Positions 1 through 23,315 of a stretch of 64,000 nucleotides of DNA are shown piece after piece. The DNA is from Bugula neritina (Eukaryota; Animalia; Bryozoa), in contig OZ037770.1 in the NCBI GenBank assembly GCA_964035545.1, forward strand, positions 3,256,662 through 3,320,661. Direction: 5' to 3'. The notes beneath the pieces were generated by a model that did no database searches, was not told the origin of the DNA, and was given only the letters and a program-made list of their open reading frames with translations. Numbering within the stretch: the stretch's first letter is position 1; each line of letters begins with the position of its first letter. The position numbers were made by a program, and so were the translations under genes.

Positions 1-855
1 CTCTGACCTTATATATATATATATATGTGAAGCAGAATAGTGATAAGTTACAACTGACAAGCTATAAAAATCTTGAATGTGGCATCATATATACACACAC
101 TATTTTTATATATATTGTCGTAAGTTTTGTTGTTTAATTGGTGATTGTTGATTTGCTTTTTTTTAATGTAGCTTTTGTTTTGTTTTACGATAATGAAATT
201 TTAATTGCTTCAAAGTTGTAAAACATTGCCAAAAATGTAGGCATGCAGCTCAAGTCATACAAATTTATTTTTCAATAATAATAAAACGGCACAAAAAAAT
301 AAATATATTTTATAATCTAAACTGAGTTGCATCACTTGATCAATGTATAATCGCAACACATTGAAAATAAACAATTTTGTTGATAATATAAAATCAGGTA
401 TAAAAGTGATGTTCAACTCCGCAAGCATAAACGTATAGAGTATATTGAACATAATAAAACAGTTTTTCAAATACATAAATTAGAGTATAAGTAACAAAAT
501 ACCATATTTCACAGAAATGTATATATACCTTGAATTAGCAATTTTTATGACAATCATGATATTAATTACTTTTCATTAACTGCAGCATGATAAAGATGCT
601 CTGAAAATATTATTTTTGTTTCATTATGGCAGAACCTATAATTTTAGCATAAAGTCTCTAAAATTTAGAAACACACATGGAAGGTAAAAGTTGACAAAAA
701 ATATGCATTAAATTTTTTGATGAGGGTGTAAAAATTTATTTTAAAAAATGTATTTGTCTTTCCTGAATATATCGCCACTAATTAACATTTTGTGCTGTGC
801 AGTTTCAAGTTATGTATTGATATAAAATAAGTCAGCGGGTAAAAAAACAGGTTGT

Positions 856-9294
<8,439 letters not shown>

Positions 9295-9566
9295 CTTATC
9301 TTCAATACTCGTCGTTTTCTAGTAAGCTGCTCTGTAAAACAACACCAACGAGTGATTAGTTGGAATACAAGTTGTATATAAATGCGTTTCTGTAAGCTTT
9401 GCGTTACGGAAACAATTTTTCATTTGATGTTTGGAAAAGTTTGCATCGAATGAAACCACAACCATAAGTTTATACCAATTGTGACCAAAAATTCATCTAT
9501 ACTATCACTCACTTGCAAAGCAACGAAAATGCAATGTATAACCTCAACAAGCTAACAAAGTTATAT

Positions 9567-9732
9567 TCACTGCGTTTCCATTATCGCATTATGCGAATGG
9601 ATTTTTTCATTCGGCTAATGGAAACAGTTACATCGAATGAAACCGCAACTATAAGTTAATGCAAACCACAAACCACAAATAATCCGTACGGGGCATTCAT
9701 TCGCATTATGCGCAGTCATGGAAACGCAGTGA
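9567..9732. mobile_element. Small MITE, with an older diverged copy at ~9380-9540
   Basis: TCACTGCGTTTCCAT...ATGGAAACGCAGTGA terminal inverted repeats; internal CATCGAATGAAACC.CAAC.ATAAGTT shared with the adjacent copy. Confidence 0.7.
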
Positions 9733-9799
9733 TATATAGGTCAGTCCCATTGTCAGGTCAGACATTTGACAGCAAGTTGCTTTTTAATTTTTATGACAT

Positions 9800-10300
9800 G
9801 CATGACAAGTGGTTTAAAACAGCACAAGCCAACCTGCCAACATATTGATGGTTACAAATTGTATCAACTTTTACAAGGTTGAATACAATCAGTAAGGAGT
9901 TGATTAAACTCAATGCTAAAGCATAATGGCTTTTAGCAAAAATAATTTTTTGTGACAATGCCTCAATGCCATGAACACAATAGCACAATGCCACAATTGA
10001 ATTCTAAATAGCTTTTTAATGTGAAAAATATTATCAGCACTGTTTCTATTGATACTACAGCTTCATAGAAGGAGATGGATTTATTAGGGGCAACAGCAAT
10101 GAAGCCTTATGTTAACTGCATTGTTTGTCTTCATATATGTTTTATAAGTATAGATACACTAGCTTCAAGGTTGGCTCACAGCCAAATGCTATCAATGGTT
10201 ACCTTAGCGCTCACTAGAACCCTCTCACTTATTAGTTTTGGTAGTTTTTTTTCAAATCAAGAGCTTCTAAACCTAATGCTATAATATTTATCAAACTTTC
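9800..10300 (-). pseudogene. Possible decayed PIF/Harbinger-type (DDE_Tnp_4) transposase fragment
   Basis: Frameshifted peptides GFIAVAPNKSISF and CVHGIEALSQKIIF resemble the LIGIxPxGxISF and RIHVERAIxRIK motifs; heavily degraded. Confidence 0.3.
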
Positions 10301-11597
10301 AAGTTTTCAGTATTCTTAATAAAATAATACTATCTAAATAATAAAATATCTTCAATGTATGAAATTTAGATTTTTACTGCTTTTTACATTTATGGTGATG
10401 TCTTGATATAAAGCCGTTTGAGCTATTTTTGAATGGTTCTTTAAAAGATAGCAATTGGTGATCATGCCTTTTCAAAATACCTCACTCCTTCACAAAATGA
10501 TAAAAAAACAAACAACTTTAAAGCCATCTACTCAGTTTAAACTGCGTACATCAAGTGTAATATTTTATGTGATATAACTGCTGAAAAACAACTCTAACAT
10601 TGAATATAATACATTTGGTATTGCCATGCAGTGAATTCAAAACTATATGTATAATGCAGACCAATCAGTGCTTCGACCGAAACCTCCTCTTGAAATTCTT
10701 ACTACCTAATGCAATGCCTACTTTTATTCATGGTTTTAAATAATTTTAGCGTTGAGTAGACAGAGTCACTTTTAGAAGAAGAAAACATCATTTGGGTGTC
10801 AAAGCTTAGTCTGTGAGCAGCTCAACATTGTTGTTTTGCAAAAAAGGCAGCTTGATATTTTAGAACTGTTCCTTTGGGGCATATTTCAATCATCGAATGC
10901 AGAGACAACTTCAATAAAGTTTATTTTTCCAACATCAACTTAATATGCAGTGATTTGGTAATAGCTATTATTGGAAAATCTTTCAATTTATTTAAGTTTT
11001 ATTTGTCCCTATTGAAGAAATAAAATAAATTTAAATGTGAAGTCCATATTCTTGTTAGTTAAAAAATATCTACTGTATTGAATTACTTCCAATACAACAT
11101 CTATTGTATTGGAACTGTGCCAATTGCCATGATGTTCAATATTTCCTTGTTTAACTATTCATGTTTACATTGACTGATCCTAAAGCAAATAGAAATATCC
11201 TTAGCAACTGCAGGACAACACAATATAAGAACACTTCATTAGTTTCTAGCAAGTTTAGTAGTTGAACATATACATTGTTCATGCACTCAATGTTTCCTTT
11301 AATGATTCATCAATAAATACATATCTTCCTTATTGATTTAATCTCCTAAAACAGTCCTAAGTACATTCTATTCCTACTATGAATCATACAGATATAGAGT
11401 AATCGGCTGCATTTCATTTATAAACTTCCTGCCTGCATTGTGAATTATCAGAAACAAGTTAAGTTAAGTAAAGCACACAAGCTTAAATTATAGCAGGTAA
11501 AATTTACTCAGTATATAATGACAAATATGTATCATTCCTAAACTTTTAAAGAGTGCTGCTTCAAAGCATAAAAACTTTGTGACATAGTACATTGTTC

Positions 11598-11648
11598 GTG
11601 TGTGTGTGTGTGTGTGTACGTGTGTGTGTGTGTGTGTGCGTGTGCGTG

Positions 11649-11694
<46 letters not shown>

Positions 11695-11755
11695 TGTGTG
11701 TGAGTGTGTGTGTGTGTGCGTGTTGTGTGCGTGTGTTCGCATGTGTGACAGTGTG

Positions 11756-11848
<93 letters not shown>
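11598..11848. repeat. (TG)n/(TGCG)n compound microsatellite
   Basis: Seen directly. Confidence 0.97.
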
Positions 11849-11851
<3 letters not shown>

Positions 11852-13996
11852 CATATGTCACTCATACAGCAACATACACATATAATTGACAACTTTTCAT
11901 GTCACAGAACTTTTTAAAAACTTATAAAGCTATACTTGACCTCAAGATTGTTATGTAAGAAATAATTTCAGTTTTTGAAACTGAAAGATTAGTAAAAGAA
12001 AAAGCAGAACCAAAACATGACATGCTAAATAATAGCAAGAACTCTAAAAACAAGAGCAAGTATCTCAAACGCTACTACACTATGACTCAATGACACTGTG
12101 ACCCGTCAAGCTAATACTTGATTGTTAATCTTTTGTTTAATTTTCACTTATAACGCCACCTGTGAATCACTATACATCACTATTTTATGTTTTCAATCTA
12201 CGAATAAATGCAAATGCCAGCAAATACTTATCATTTAATTTTGGTTTATTAACTTGATAATAAAATAAACAATAACTTTTTCCTAATTTTAAGCTTTTAG
12301 ACAACATTTTGCATATGTCACTCACGTCAGTTTAGCTAAAACGTCCCATTCGCTTGGTTCCAAATTACTTGCTGATTTTAAGCGCACAATGATGCAATGA
12401 GCTAAAAACTGGGTTGTGCTAGTTTAGCGTTGTACAGCTAAGTTACAAGGCATAGAAGCCTTTCAAAAAATCAATAGTCATTGTTTGGTTCTACAAAAGG
12501 TATGCAAACATGGCAACCATAATAATATAATGAACCACACGCACTGCACTATATTGTTCCCCAGTCATACTGCAATATAACACTTTTTTACATGCTTTGA
12601 CTCAATACATTGATGAAATGATATGAAGCAAGATGGTTAATAAATTGAATAGAAATCAAGTATCAACCTATTGCTAACACAATATCGCAAAAACAGCTAA
12701 AACAAACTTTTCTAATGATTTATTAAAACTGCTGAAGTTTTTTCCTCATTTTATTCAGCCATTGTCAATTTGAATTCAAGTTTCATTTTTATAGATTATT
12801 TTTGATGCACCTATAATCAGCATGTAGGTGATAGTAGCTTTTTCAGTACATCTATGCCATGGCTGTTCTCAATGATGTATAACGGTGCATGGGTCAAATA
12901 ATTTTGAAATGGGTTAGGGGTTGTCTACCCTGTTTTAGATAAAAACCACAGTCAATGTAAAAAGCACTTTTATATTGAGTATTCGTATACTTAAATTGCA
13001 TTTCAGAATTTTTGCTAAATAGTTGTTTAAGTATAATGTGAATAAACTGAAATTTTTACAAGAAAATATACCTCGCATTTTCTAATATATATAGTTACAT
13101 TAATTACTATAATAAATATTTGTTTACACTTATGCTCACTTAATGTAGCTCATCAATCCCAAATACTGTTGCCTGATTATCTAAAACTTGAAAATTAAAG
13201 TCGGCCTTTGGTCAACAATTTTACATGCAATGTCTAAATTATGCACCCTGACATCTTCAGAGCAAACCAATACAATAACATGATAATTTTAGTAAACATC
13301 AGCCAATTCACAGCAGAACATTTTACCCTATTTGAATAAGTGAGAGTTGTCTGCACTTAGCACATAACTTGCTAAACCTTTCAGGAGGTAATTCAACTCC
13401 AACTATTTTAAACTTAAGAGCTTTTTTAATGATTCTAGAAAGTTATCAACAATTGAAGGCCTCTTTTTGTCATCATTTTGAATAAATAATACTAGCAGCA
13501 GTCATAACTGAAAGCAATTCAACTTGGAATATGAAGCTATAAAACAGGTTATATATTGAGCCTAGAAGCTTTGGCTTTAACTACCATTCAAATCATAACA
13601 TAAGTTACTATAAATAATTTAATACGCGCTTCGCTCTTAATTCAGCTATGATAAAATTATATTTTAAAATGCTTATAAATTGAGGTTATAATTTGGTTAG
13701 CAAATGTCTTTTTTAGTTTGTTAACTTGTATAGCTAACAACTTTAAACAAAATTAATTAGTTTTAATTTGGAAACCCCAATTATTTTTCTATTAAGTATA
13801 TTTCTTTGGTTATTACAAACATGTATGAAACATTTAGAAATAAAACTTTCCAAGTAATAAATTTACTGTATATGTCACGATATAGAAAATTAAAGCAGCA
13901 TCTTTGTTAATCATGTTATGAGGAATATATTATTAATTTCTTTATTTTCCTATGAGAATCCTAAAGCACATAAACAACAATCAAAAGTTATTATAC

Positions 13997-15861
<1,865 letters not shown>

Positions 15862-16003
15862 CTTTTATGTTTCAATCAGCCTGACACATGGATCATACAA
15901 GAGCAAGGAGACTTGACCAACTCTATAAGTCTGTTTCTAAGCACAACTCGGTTAGTCTTAACTCTTACTCTCAGCACCTCCACTTTACTCAGAAATTTAC
16001 TCT

Positions 16004-16280
16004 TGTAGTAATTCGTGCAATTACTGTGCGTGGGTTCCTAGCTTTGTAATTATAGTCTATTTATCCACATCAATAAAGTATTTAAGTAAGATTCAATGAG
16101 GTTTATTTACTACTGAGTATATTGAAAGATACAAAAAGTACGCAGACTAGAAACACTACATCTTTACTCGTTTAGTACGCTCTCTCTACTACTACTTTCC
16201 ACATCGCTGAGGGTTATCACATGACACACTCTGATTGGCTAAAGGGGCTTGGGGGACGCGCGTATTACGTACTCACTACA
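16004..16280 (-). repeat. 3' LTR (277 bp)
   Basis: Differs from 23316-23592 at one position seen by eye (TTACGT vs TTATGT). Confidence 0.97.
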
Positions 16281-16636
16281 CCGCCCCCCCCAGCAGAAAG
16301 CCCTACTTTCTGATAACACAGATACAGTTAACACTAAGACACAAAACGTTACAAAAACTATAAAACTGAGAGAGCGTATGGCACATAAAAGAAAGAATAT
16401 GACTATGTACAGTAATAAAAAAAGGTATAAAAAAAATATATAACAGTAAAACACACTATGACACTGGCGGGAGGCACTTGTAAGTGAATGGTCCATAGAG
16501 TTAGAAATGCATACTTGTAGGTTACCATAAGATTGTCACACTGAGGAATTGTTCGTTAGCACCGGGCATGAGAGGGGTTCAAAATGGGGCACCACCTGCG
16601 GTACCATCACGGGTAGGGAGTTTGGGGATGTCGTCT

Positions 16637-17725
16637 TCAAGCGCTTCCTTTCATTCGGGCTACAGAGGCAGAGAGGGCCCGGAGTTCAGATGCGGCGGCA
16701 GAGATTATCGGTGTCAGCCTTTGCACTTCTTTCTTTAGTTCTCGTATCCGCTCTTCTGCTTCTCCTAGGTTCCGGGCGGAGGCAGAGTGCCAGTTGGGAG
16801 ACGAAGATGGCCAACGCCGTTTACGAGAAGGCCTTGGGGAGATGGGGGGAGAGGGACGCCATCGCTGTGGTACTTCGATGCGTCGTAGCACGACTCTGGG
16901 TATGGAGTCGGGGTGGGGCACTGTGCGTGCGGGGGGTGATGGACGGGGTACGTGTGGTCTCCTATATTTGGGTGGTTTAGGGCAGGGTCCTTGCGTGATG
17001 GTCCTGGGTGCGGGGAATTCCTGACGCAGCCGTTCATAGCGAGCTGGGTCTGATATGAATGGTCGGATGAGATCAAGGAATTGTGGAAAGGAGGGTTCGT
17101 CGACTTCGAAAAAGTGTCCAACATGGCATCCCATAGTCCGCTGGTGACGGAGGATGTAGTCCCTGTGGTAACTATATTCACCACAGGGACAAAAGGTGGT
17201 GAAATAATGTTGGGGAACGTGAACTCGAAGTCTTCGTGGGGTGGTGAAATGAAGCTGGCATAAACGGCAGGTGGTGCATTGGTCGTCGCCTTTGTGTTCT
17301 CGTATAAGTGCTTCTGTGTCTGGGGTAACCCAGCATGACTGGTGTAAGAGTGCCTCTGGAAGTGTAGTGGGAACGGGTTCCTCGTTCCAAACCATTTCCA
17401 ATGACGGCATGTCACAAGGAAGAGGAGAGAGAGCGGTATCTAAAAGAGCAGAATTACTGTTAGATCGAGTGTGATCTTTACACCATAATTCTGATGACAA
17501 CCGACTGTTACTAGTCTGGGAGTCATACATCTTTTTAGATAGCACTCGAGGGACTGAGTCGTGTCGTGTAGACCGACAGAGAGACATAGTGTCAAGCTCC
17601 AGATCTGGTAGATCGTCGGCCATCTTTATGTTCTCGTCGCCTTTCACATAGGACTCAGTCCCCAGTAGTTGTGATTCAATCAAGGCGATTAAATCAGAAC
17701 TGACTGATGGTAGACTTGTTTCCAT
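16637..17725 (-). CDS. Extra retrotransposon ORF3, 362 aa: tandem zinc fingers and C-terminal coiled coil
   Basis: Intact ATG ORF downstream of pol; CRLC-x12-HVPQH and CPC-x12-HQRTMGC; basic PSRKRR; heptad LGEAEERIRELKKEVQRL. No signal peptide or TM segment. Confidence 0.75.
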   Translation of the reverse strand: METSLPSVSSDLIALIESQLLGTESYVKGDENIKMADDLPDLELDTMSLCRSTRHDSVPRVLSKKMYDSQTSNSRLSSELWCKDHTRSNSNSALLDTALSPLPCDMPSLEMVWNEEPVPTTLPEALLHQSCWVTPDTEALIREHKGDDQCTTCRLCQLHFTTPRRLRVHVPQHYFTTFCPCGEYSYHRDYILRHQRTMGCHVGHFFEVDEPSFPQFLDLIRPFISDPARYERLRQEFPAPRTITQGPCPKPPKYRRPHVPRPSPPARTVPHPDSIPRVVLRRIEVPQRWRPSPPISPRPSRKRRWPSSSPNWHSASARNLGEAEERIRELKKEVQRLTPIISAAASELRALSASVARMKGSA

Positions 17726-17790
17726 GAGTGGAAATGTTAGCTCAGAGCAAGCTTACCTGAGAACCCGGTATTTGTAATCATACTCAGCGT

Positions 17791-20700
17791 TCAAGCTTGG
17801 ATGTCCGTGGATTGAGTTTGAATGCGTCTGCCCTTGACAACGTCAGCGTAGGAAAAGACTGGGCAGCGTGGTTGTTGCGCACGGCTGGAACTATTTGCCC
17901 CGGGCGTAGTAGTTTTGTTTACTACTCCGCCTTCGCAAAAGTTGAGATTTCCGTGGTGTTCACAACTCCCACGCTTTGTTGCCAGTCCTTCCGTACGGCG
18001 CCCAGCTGGACTTTCGTAACTGCCGTTTGTAACACGGTCACATACGAAGTCTTTCAGGTATGCTGGGGGTTGTCTAGTACGCTGTCCCCGTTCCAGGGGA
18101 GGTGACGTATCAGCTGGAGAGGGGGTTGTAGTTGTTGGTTGGGGCGGTGTGCTCACTGGTGGGCTATTTTGCTCTACCTGTGGCGTTTCTAGCCAGTCGT
18201 TGATGATGGTGTTTCCCTCTCCGCTGTTGTCTCCGGATGGTGCCCCTCCCACGGGGGGGTTTTGCACTTCCGGACGCGGACGCGGATCCAGAAGTGGTGG
18301 GGGTAGACTTGGTACTGGGGGCGGTGGGCGCACTTCCGTTGGTGGGAGTGGCGTTTCCTGCCTCACCAAGTTCTCCTCCCGCGGCACAACCACTTCGTGT
18401 TCTGGTCCATGCCGTTGCCGCCTGCGTGTTGCTGTCTGCCTCCTGGGCTCCAACAACGGGGGGGCTGCTCCTGCTGCTCCTGGGCTAGCCCAATACGGTT
18501 TCAAGCGGGCTTCATTCTGGACAGAGACCTGTCCAGATCGCTCCAACTTGTACGTATGATTGGGCATCTCCTCAACTACTACGTAGGGTCCCACAAACTT
18601 AGGCTGGAGCTTAGCCGCTTGTCCTCGACGCCTACGGTAGTTGATCATCCACACCCAGTCCCCAGTTTGATAGAGGGGTGGTTCCTGAGAGTCTTCCTGC
18701 CGTACCTGCCACTGCTTTGCTCGCAGTATTTCGTGTGTGGCCCTCAGGTCCTCTATCAATTTACTGGCATACTCGTGGATAGTATAGTCTTGCTCTGGGA
18801 TGTGGTATGTGAGGTGGTCAGGCACTCGCATCTCTCGACCGAGCATCAGGAGGTTAGGGGTTTCCCTCGTACTGGTGTGTGGTGTACTACGGTAGGCCCG
18901 CATGACTTGCGGTAGTACCGTATCCCATTCCTCTTGACCCCGGCCGAGGAGCAGACTGCCCAGTGCATCGCCCAACATGCGGTTGTTGCGTTCCACCACC
19001 CCGTTGCCCTGAGGATGGTACGGGGTGGTCCTGCTTTGGTTTACTCCCCAGAGGCGGCAGAGGTCGCTCAACAGTTGGGACTGGAATTGAGCCCCCTGAT
19101 CCGAATGTATCTGCTCGGGTAGTCCGAGATAGCAGAATACATTTTGGTCCAGCACCCTGGCCACCGTGGGGGCGGACGCATCTGGAATAGCCAGGGCGTC
19201 CGCCCACCGTGTAAAGTGGTCGGTTAGTACTAGGATCCAACTGTTTCCTCTGGGGGTGACGGGCATGGGTCCGACTAGGTCGATAGCTACCACCTGCCAT
19301 GGCCTCCCAGCATATAGCCTACGCCGTCCCGCTTCGCCAGGGAGACGGCCATGCTTGCTGGCCTGGCAGATTTCACATTGTTTGACTCTACGCCGTACCT
19401 CACGCTCCATGCCGGGCCAGTACCACCGGAGCTGTAACTTGGAGAGCACCCTGCTTACCCCGGCGTGGGCCTGTTTGTGGGTGGCCCATACTAACTCCCG
19501 GCGTATGGCGGCTGGGCAGATCACCCTCTTTCTTCCGTACTGGCTGTTGTGAGCGGCCACTGTGATGGTCAGCAGACCATCTGGCCCGATCCGCAGAGAG
19601 TCCCAACGTTGGCAGTACGACCGTAACTCGGTGCATCCCTGCCGCAGTTGTTCTTCACTGGGTCGTCGCCCCTCCTTTTTGGCGCTATATACGTCGGCTA
19701 CTACTCCGGGGAGGTCCTCCTGGAGTCTTCGTAGCTCCCTGACGTTATCAGCCAAGACAGGATTGGCACGGAGGCGTTGGATAGCCTCCGGGGGCGTAGT
19801 GGCCTTCTGTAGGAGTTGACCCTGGTCCCCGTCATACTCCGTTTCAGAGTGGTTCAATGCTCTCAACTCGGATTTTGGGGGACCTCCATCCCTCTTCTCA
19901 ATGTTGAGACACTGCTTGCACCCCTCGTCCGGTCGCCGGCTCAGTCCATCAGCATTGCCGTGTTTCTTACCGGGCCGATGCTCGATCCGGTAAGAGAACT
20001 CGGCCAGGACCTCGAGCCATCGGGCGACTTGGCTGGACGGTTCTGCTCTCTTGCATAACCAAATCAAGGAGACGTGGTCGGTCCGCAAGCGGAACTTTCT
20101 GCCGTATAGATAAGGTCTGAAATGCTTCACCGACTTGATTACTGCCAGCAGTTCTTTTCGGGTAGTGCAGTAATTTCGTTCAGTGGGTGAGAGAGACTTA
20201 CTGTAATAGGCCACGACCACTTCGCGGCCCTCCTGCACCTGGGACAGCACAGCGCCGACATTTTGGTCACTGGCGTCAGTATCGAGGATGTACTCCAGGG
20301 CAGGGTCTGGATAGGCTAAGATAAGGGCCTCTAGCAGGCGGCCCTTGAGGCAGTCGAACACTCTCTGTTCGACGGGAGTCCACTGCCAGGTCACCCCCTT
20401 TGCGGTGAGCCAGTTTAACGGCTGCGCTACCCCCGCAAAGTCTGGTATGTATTGCCTGTAATACCCTACCAGCCCCAGGAAAGCCCGTAGTCCGGTCAAA
20501 TCTTGATGGGTTACCCGATCTTCTATAGCTCGTACCTTTTCAGGATCTGTCGCCACACCGTGACGGCCGACGACGTGCCCCAGGTACTTCACCTCTGGCT
20601 GCAAGAGAGCGCACTTGGAGGGTTTGAGCTTCAGATTGGCACCTCGGAGTCAATCGAAGACCTCCCGCAGACGGCTGACGTGTGTTTGAAAGTCTGCGGA

Positions 20701-23253
20701 GATCACGATGACGTCGTCGAGGTATACCAGCAGTGTCTTCTAGTGGAGTCCACTGAGGACCTGTTCCATGAGCCGCTGGAACGTGGCGGGGGCAGAAGTC
20801 AGTCCAAAGGGGAGGACTTTCCACTTCCATAAGCCGTCCCGCGTGATGAACGCCGCCTTCTCCTGGGCGTCCGGGCTGAGGGGGACCTGCCAATAGCCGC
20901 TCAACAAGTCTAGCGTACTGAAGTACTTGCTGCCGGCTAAGGCGTCCAGAGATTCGTCGATCCTGGGTAAGGGGTGGGCGTCCTGTATGGTCACGCTATT
21001 GAGCTTGCGATAATCCACACAGAACCGCCAACTGCCGTCTTTCTTTCAGACCAGGACGACTGGCGAGCTCCACGCACTATGTGCTGGCTCGATGAGGCCG
21101 CGGTCCAAAAGATCCCGGACTTGTTGGCTGACCTCCTTTTCCTTCTCGGGTCCCAGCCTCCTAGTGGGCTGTCGAATAGGGGTAGTCCCTGCAGCTAGCG
21201 GTATCTCATGACGGACGGCCGTGGTCAGGCTGACGTCATGGTCCCCGCTGCTGAACACATCGCTTTAATCACGTAGCAACTGAGCCATGGCCTGGCGTTC
21301 CACGTTGCTTGCGCAGCCGTCACACGCTGCCTGGTATAGCTCTTTGACGTGTGGTGGGACGGTCCCCCGCCTAACTGACGGGCTCTGTTGAAGACCTTCC
21401 GTCGCAGCTCCCAGCAACGGCCTTATATCCTCCTCCTGGATGGAGTGGAAGCGACCCAGCATGGATCCTGACGGCAATTGTACCGCTTCGGAGAAGGGGT
21501 TGACACACTGCACCAAGATCTCTCCTCGGTCAGTCAGCCGGTTAAGACTGCTGGCGAGTTGGATTCTTGTGTGCGCACCTTCGACAACCCCTAACCCCGA
21601 GAGTTGGCTATTGTTCACTCTGCAGTGAACGGTAGCCCGGGAGCGGCCGGGTATAGTACAGTTCCGTACTACCTGCACACCTCCCGCTAGGGGACGACCG
21701 AACTTGTCGACACAGGCGAGCTCCCTGCCGCTCATTAGCATGGCTGACTTGCTAAAGTCAATATGGCACCCGTGTCTCTTCAAGAACGGCATCCCCAGTA
21801 TGGCATCTTCTTCAAGTTGGCTGATGACGAAGGTTTCCTGAATGACCTGGTCGCGGACGCGCCCAGTCAGTTCTATGATACCGTAGAAAGGAATCCGTGA
21901 CCCGTCAGCTAGGGTGCCCGGTTCCCCGGTATAGGGAGCTAAGGCTCCCCTCTCCCTAGGGGGGAGGGTGTCAAAGACCCGACGGCTGAGGAGATTAGTG
22001 GTACACCCGGAGTCTAACAGAAAGGTGACAGCTTTGCCAGCCACCTTTCCTGGCAAAAAGTAGCTGCCTCCGTGAGGTTGTACCCGTACTCCCCCAGCGT
22101 GCTCGGTCTCTGCCGAACGAGGCTGTGCCCGTTTGTTCCGCGGTTTGCGGGGCCGGTGAGAGTTTCCTTGCGGGGGGGGGGTGTTTTGATCCTCCCCGAT
22201 GCCCTGAGGGGCCTTGCTGGTCTGCTCCATTTCTGGTAGCGGACCGAAGCGGTTGGTGAGAGGCAGAGAGAAGGGGTCTCGTGGTCGACCCGGTTGGCTG
22301 GTTCGGCGAGGTGTTTGCCACTGATGGGGGGCGTGCCGCTGGGCCCGTACGGGCTCCTGGCGACATCCACCCCGTTTTCCTCTCGGTTTGGGTCCGCGGG
22401 GCTCTGGAGGTCTCCGGGGAGGTTGGGGTTTCTGCTGCTGTTTGAATCGTGGGCCGCCTGAGTGGCGGTGTCCCTGGATGCCGCATTCCCAGCGTCGCAT
22501 AGTGGGTCTGGGGAGTTTTGTTGCTGGTCTCTTATATTTCCTGGAGTGGTTGTATGTTATGGTCGCCACCAATTGTCCCAGTTTAGTCATCAAGCGGTCC
22601 ATCTCCATCTCTATAGGGGGGTTAGTGGTAGCGGCAGCTATTCGGACCGGGTGGTCTGGCTCTCTAGAGGTTCGCGGAGTAGTCTCCTCCGTCTTGGAGA
22701 GCTGCTCGGTCCCAGCGTAGGCCTTGTTTTCTTGAATTGCGGCCTCAATCGTGGTTACTCCCTTGGCTTGTAACTGGTGGTGGAAGTCCAAAGAGTTGAG
22801 GGACTGTACAAAAACTTCGAATGTATAGCACCGTCTGTGTGTTTCTGGCAGATCGCTATACGCGGTCCGTGCCAGTCTCTGCACCAGAGTGGCGTGATCA
22901 GGAAGCGGTGTACATGTCTTGCGGAGCAGTCCCTGCAGCCTGGACTTGGCGACGGCAACGGGTATGCCAAAACGGGCCCGTAGTGTAGCAATGATCCCGT
23001 TTACGCTAGACCCCCACCCGTACGGCTTGGCTTCTTCCGTCAGTGCCATTCGCAGTTTCGCAAGAGTTACTCTTGGCGGCCATCTTGTAATGGCTGCAAC
23101 TTCACGGAACTCTTGAATGAACTGTTCAACATCTTCAAGGCCCGTGAATACGGGAACCTCTAATGTATTCCTATATGCCTCCTCTCCAGCTCTGAGAGGG
23201 CCTATGATAATGTTTCGCTCACCTTCTTCCATTGAAGTTACACTTTCGTCCAT
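17791..23253 (-). pseudogene. gag-pol polyprotein in a single frame (~1820 codons) broken by four in-frame stops
   Basis: Protease LLDSGC, RT LPFGL..YLDD, RNase H LDTDAS..ELLA..RTDH, integrase HKQAH..CEIC, IDLVGP..SDQG..VER and GPY. Stops at 21265, 21046, 20740 and 20650, all in the same frame. Confidence 0.95.
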
Positions 23254-23295
23254 GATGTTCTAATACTTTCCCATTGTCTTTATATAGTAGCTAGT

Positions 23296-23314
23296 AATCC
23301 CACCGCTGCCACCA
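23296..23314 (-). promoter_or_regulatory. Primer-binding site complementary to the tRNA-Leu 3' end
   Basis: TGGTGGCAGCGGTGGGATT, 1 nt inside the 5' LTR; complements the metazoan tRNA-Leu end ...AATCCCACCGCTGCCACCA as recalled. Confidence 0.85.
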
Positions 23315-23315
23315 C

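Noticed and set aside
10690-10730. THAP-like AVPT motif (LLPNAMPTF)
   Set aside because: Too short, and no upstream C2CH signature could be read.
16637-17725. ORF3 as an envelope gene
   Set aside because: No signal peptide, fusion peptide or transmembrane anchor.
21265-21267. Programmed gag-pol readthrough stop
   Set aside because: It lies downstream of the protease, and three further stops follow in RT, so decay is the simpler reading.
16549-23116. Many overlapping and antisense ORFs inside the retrotransposon
   Set aside because: Expected shadows of GC-rich coding sequence; no motifs recognised.
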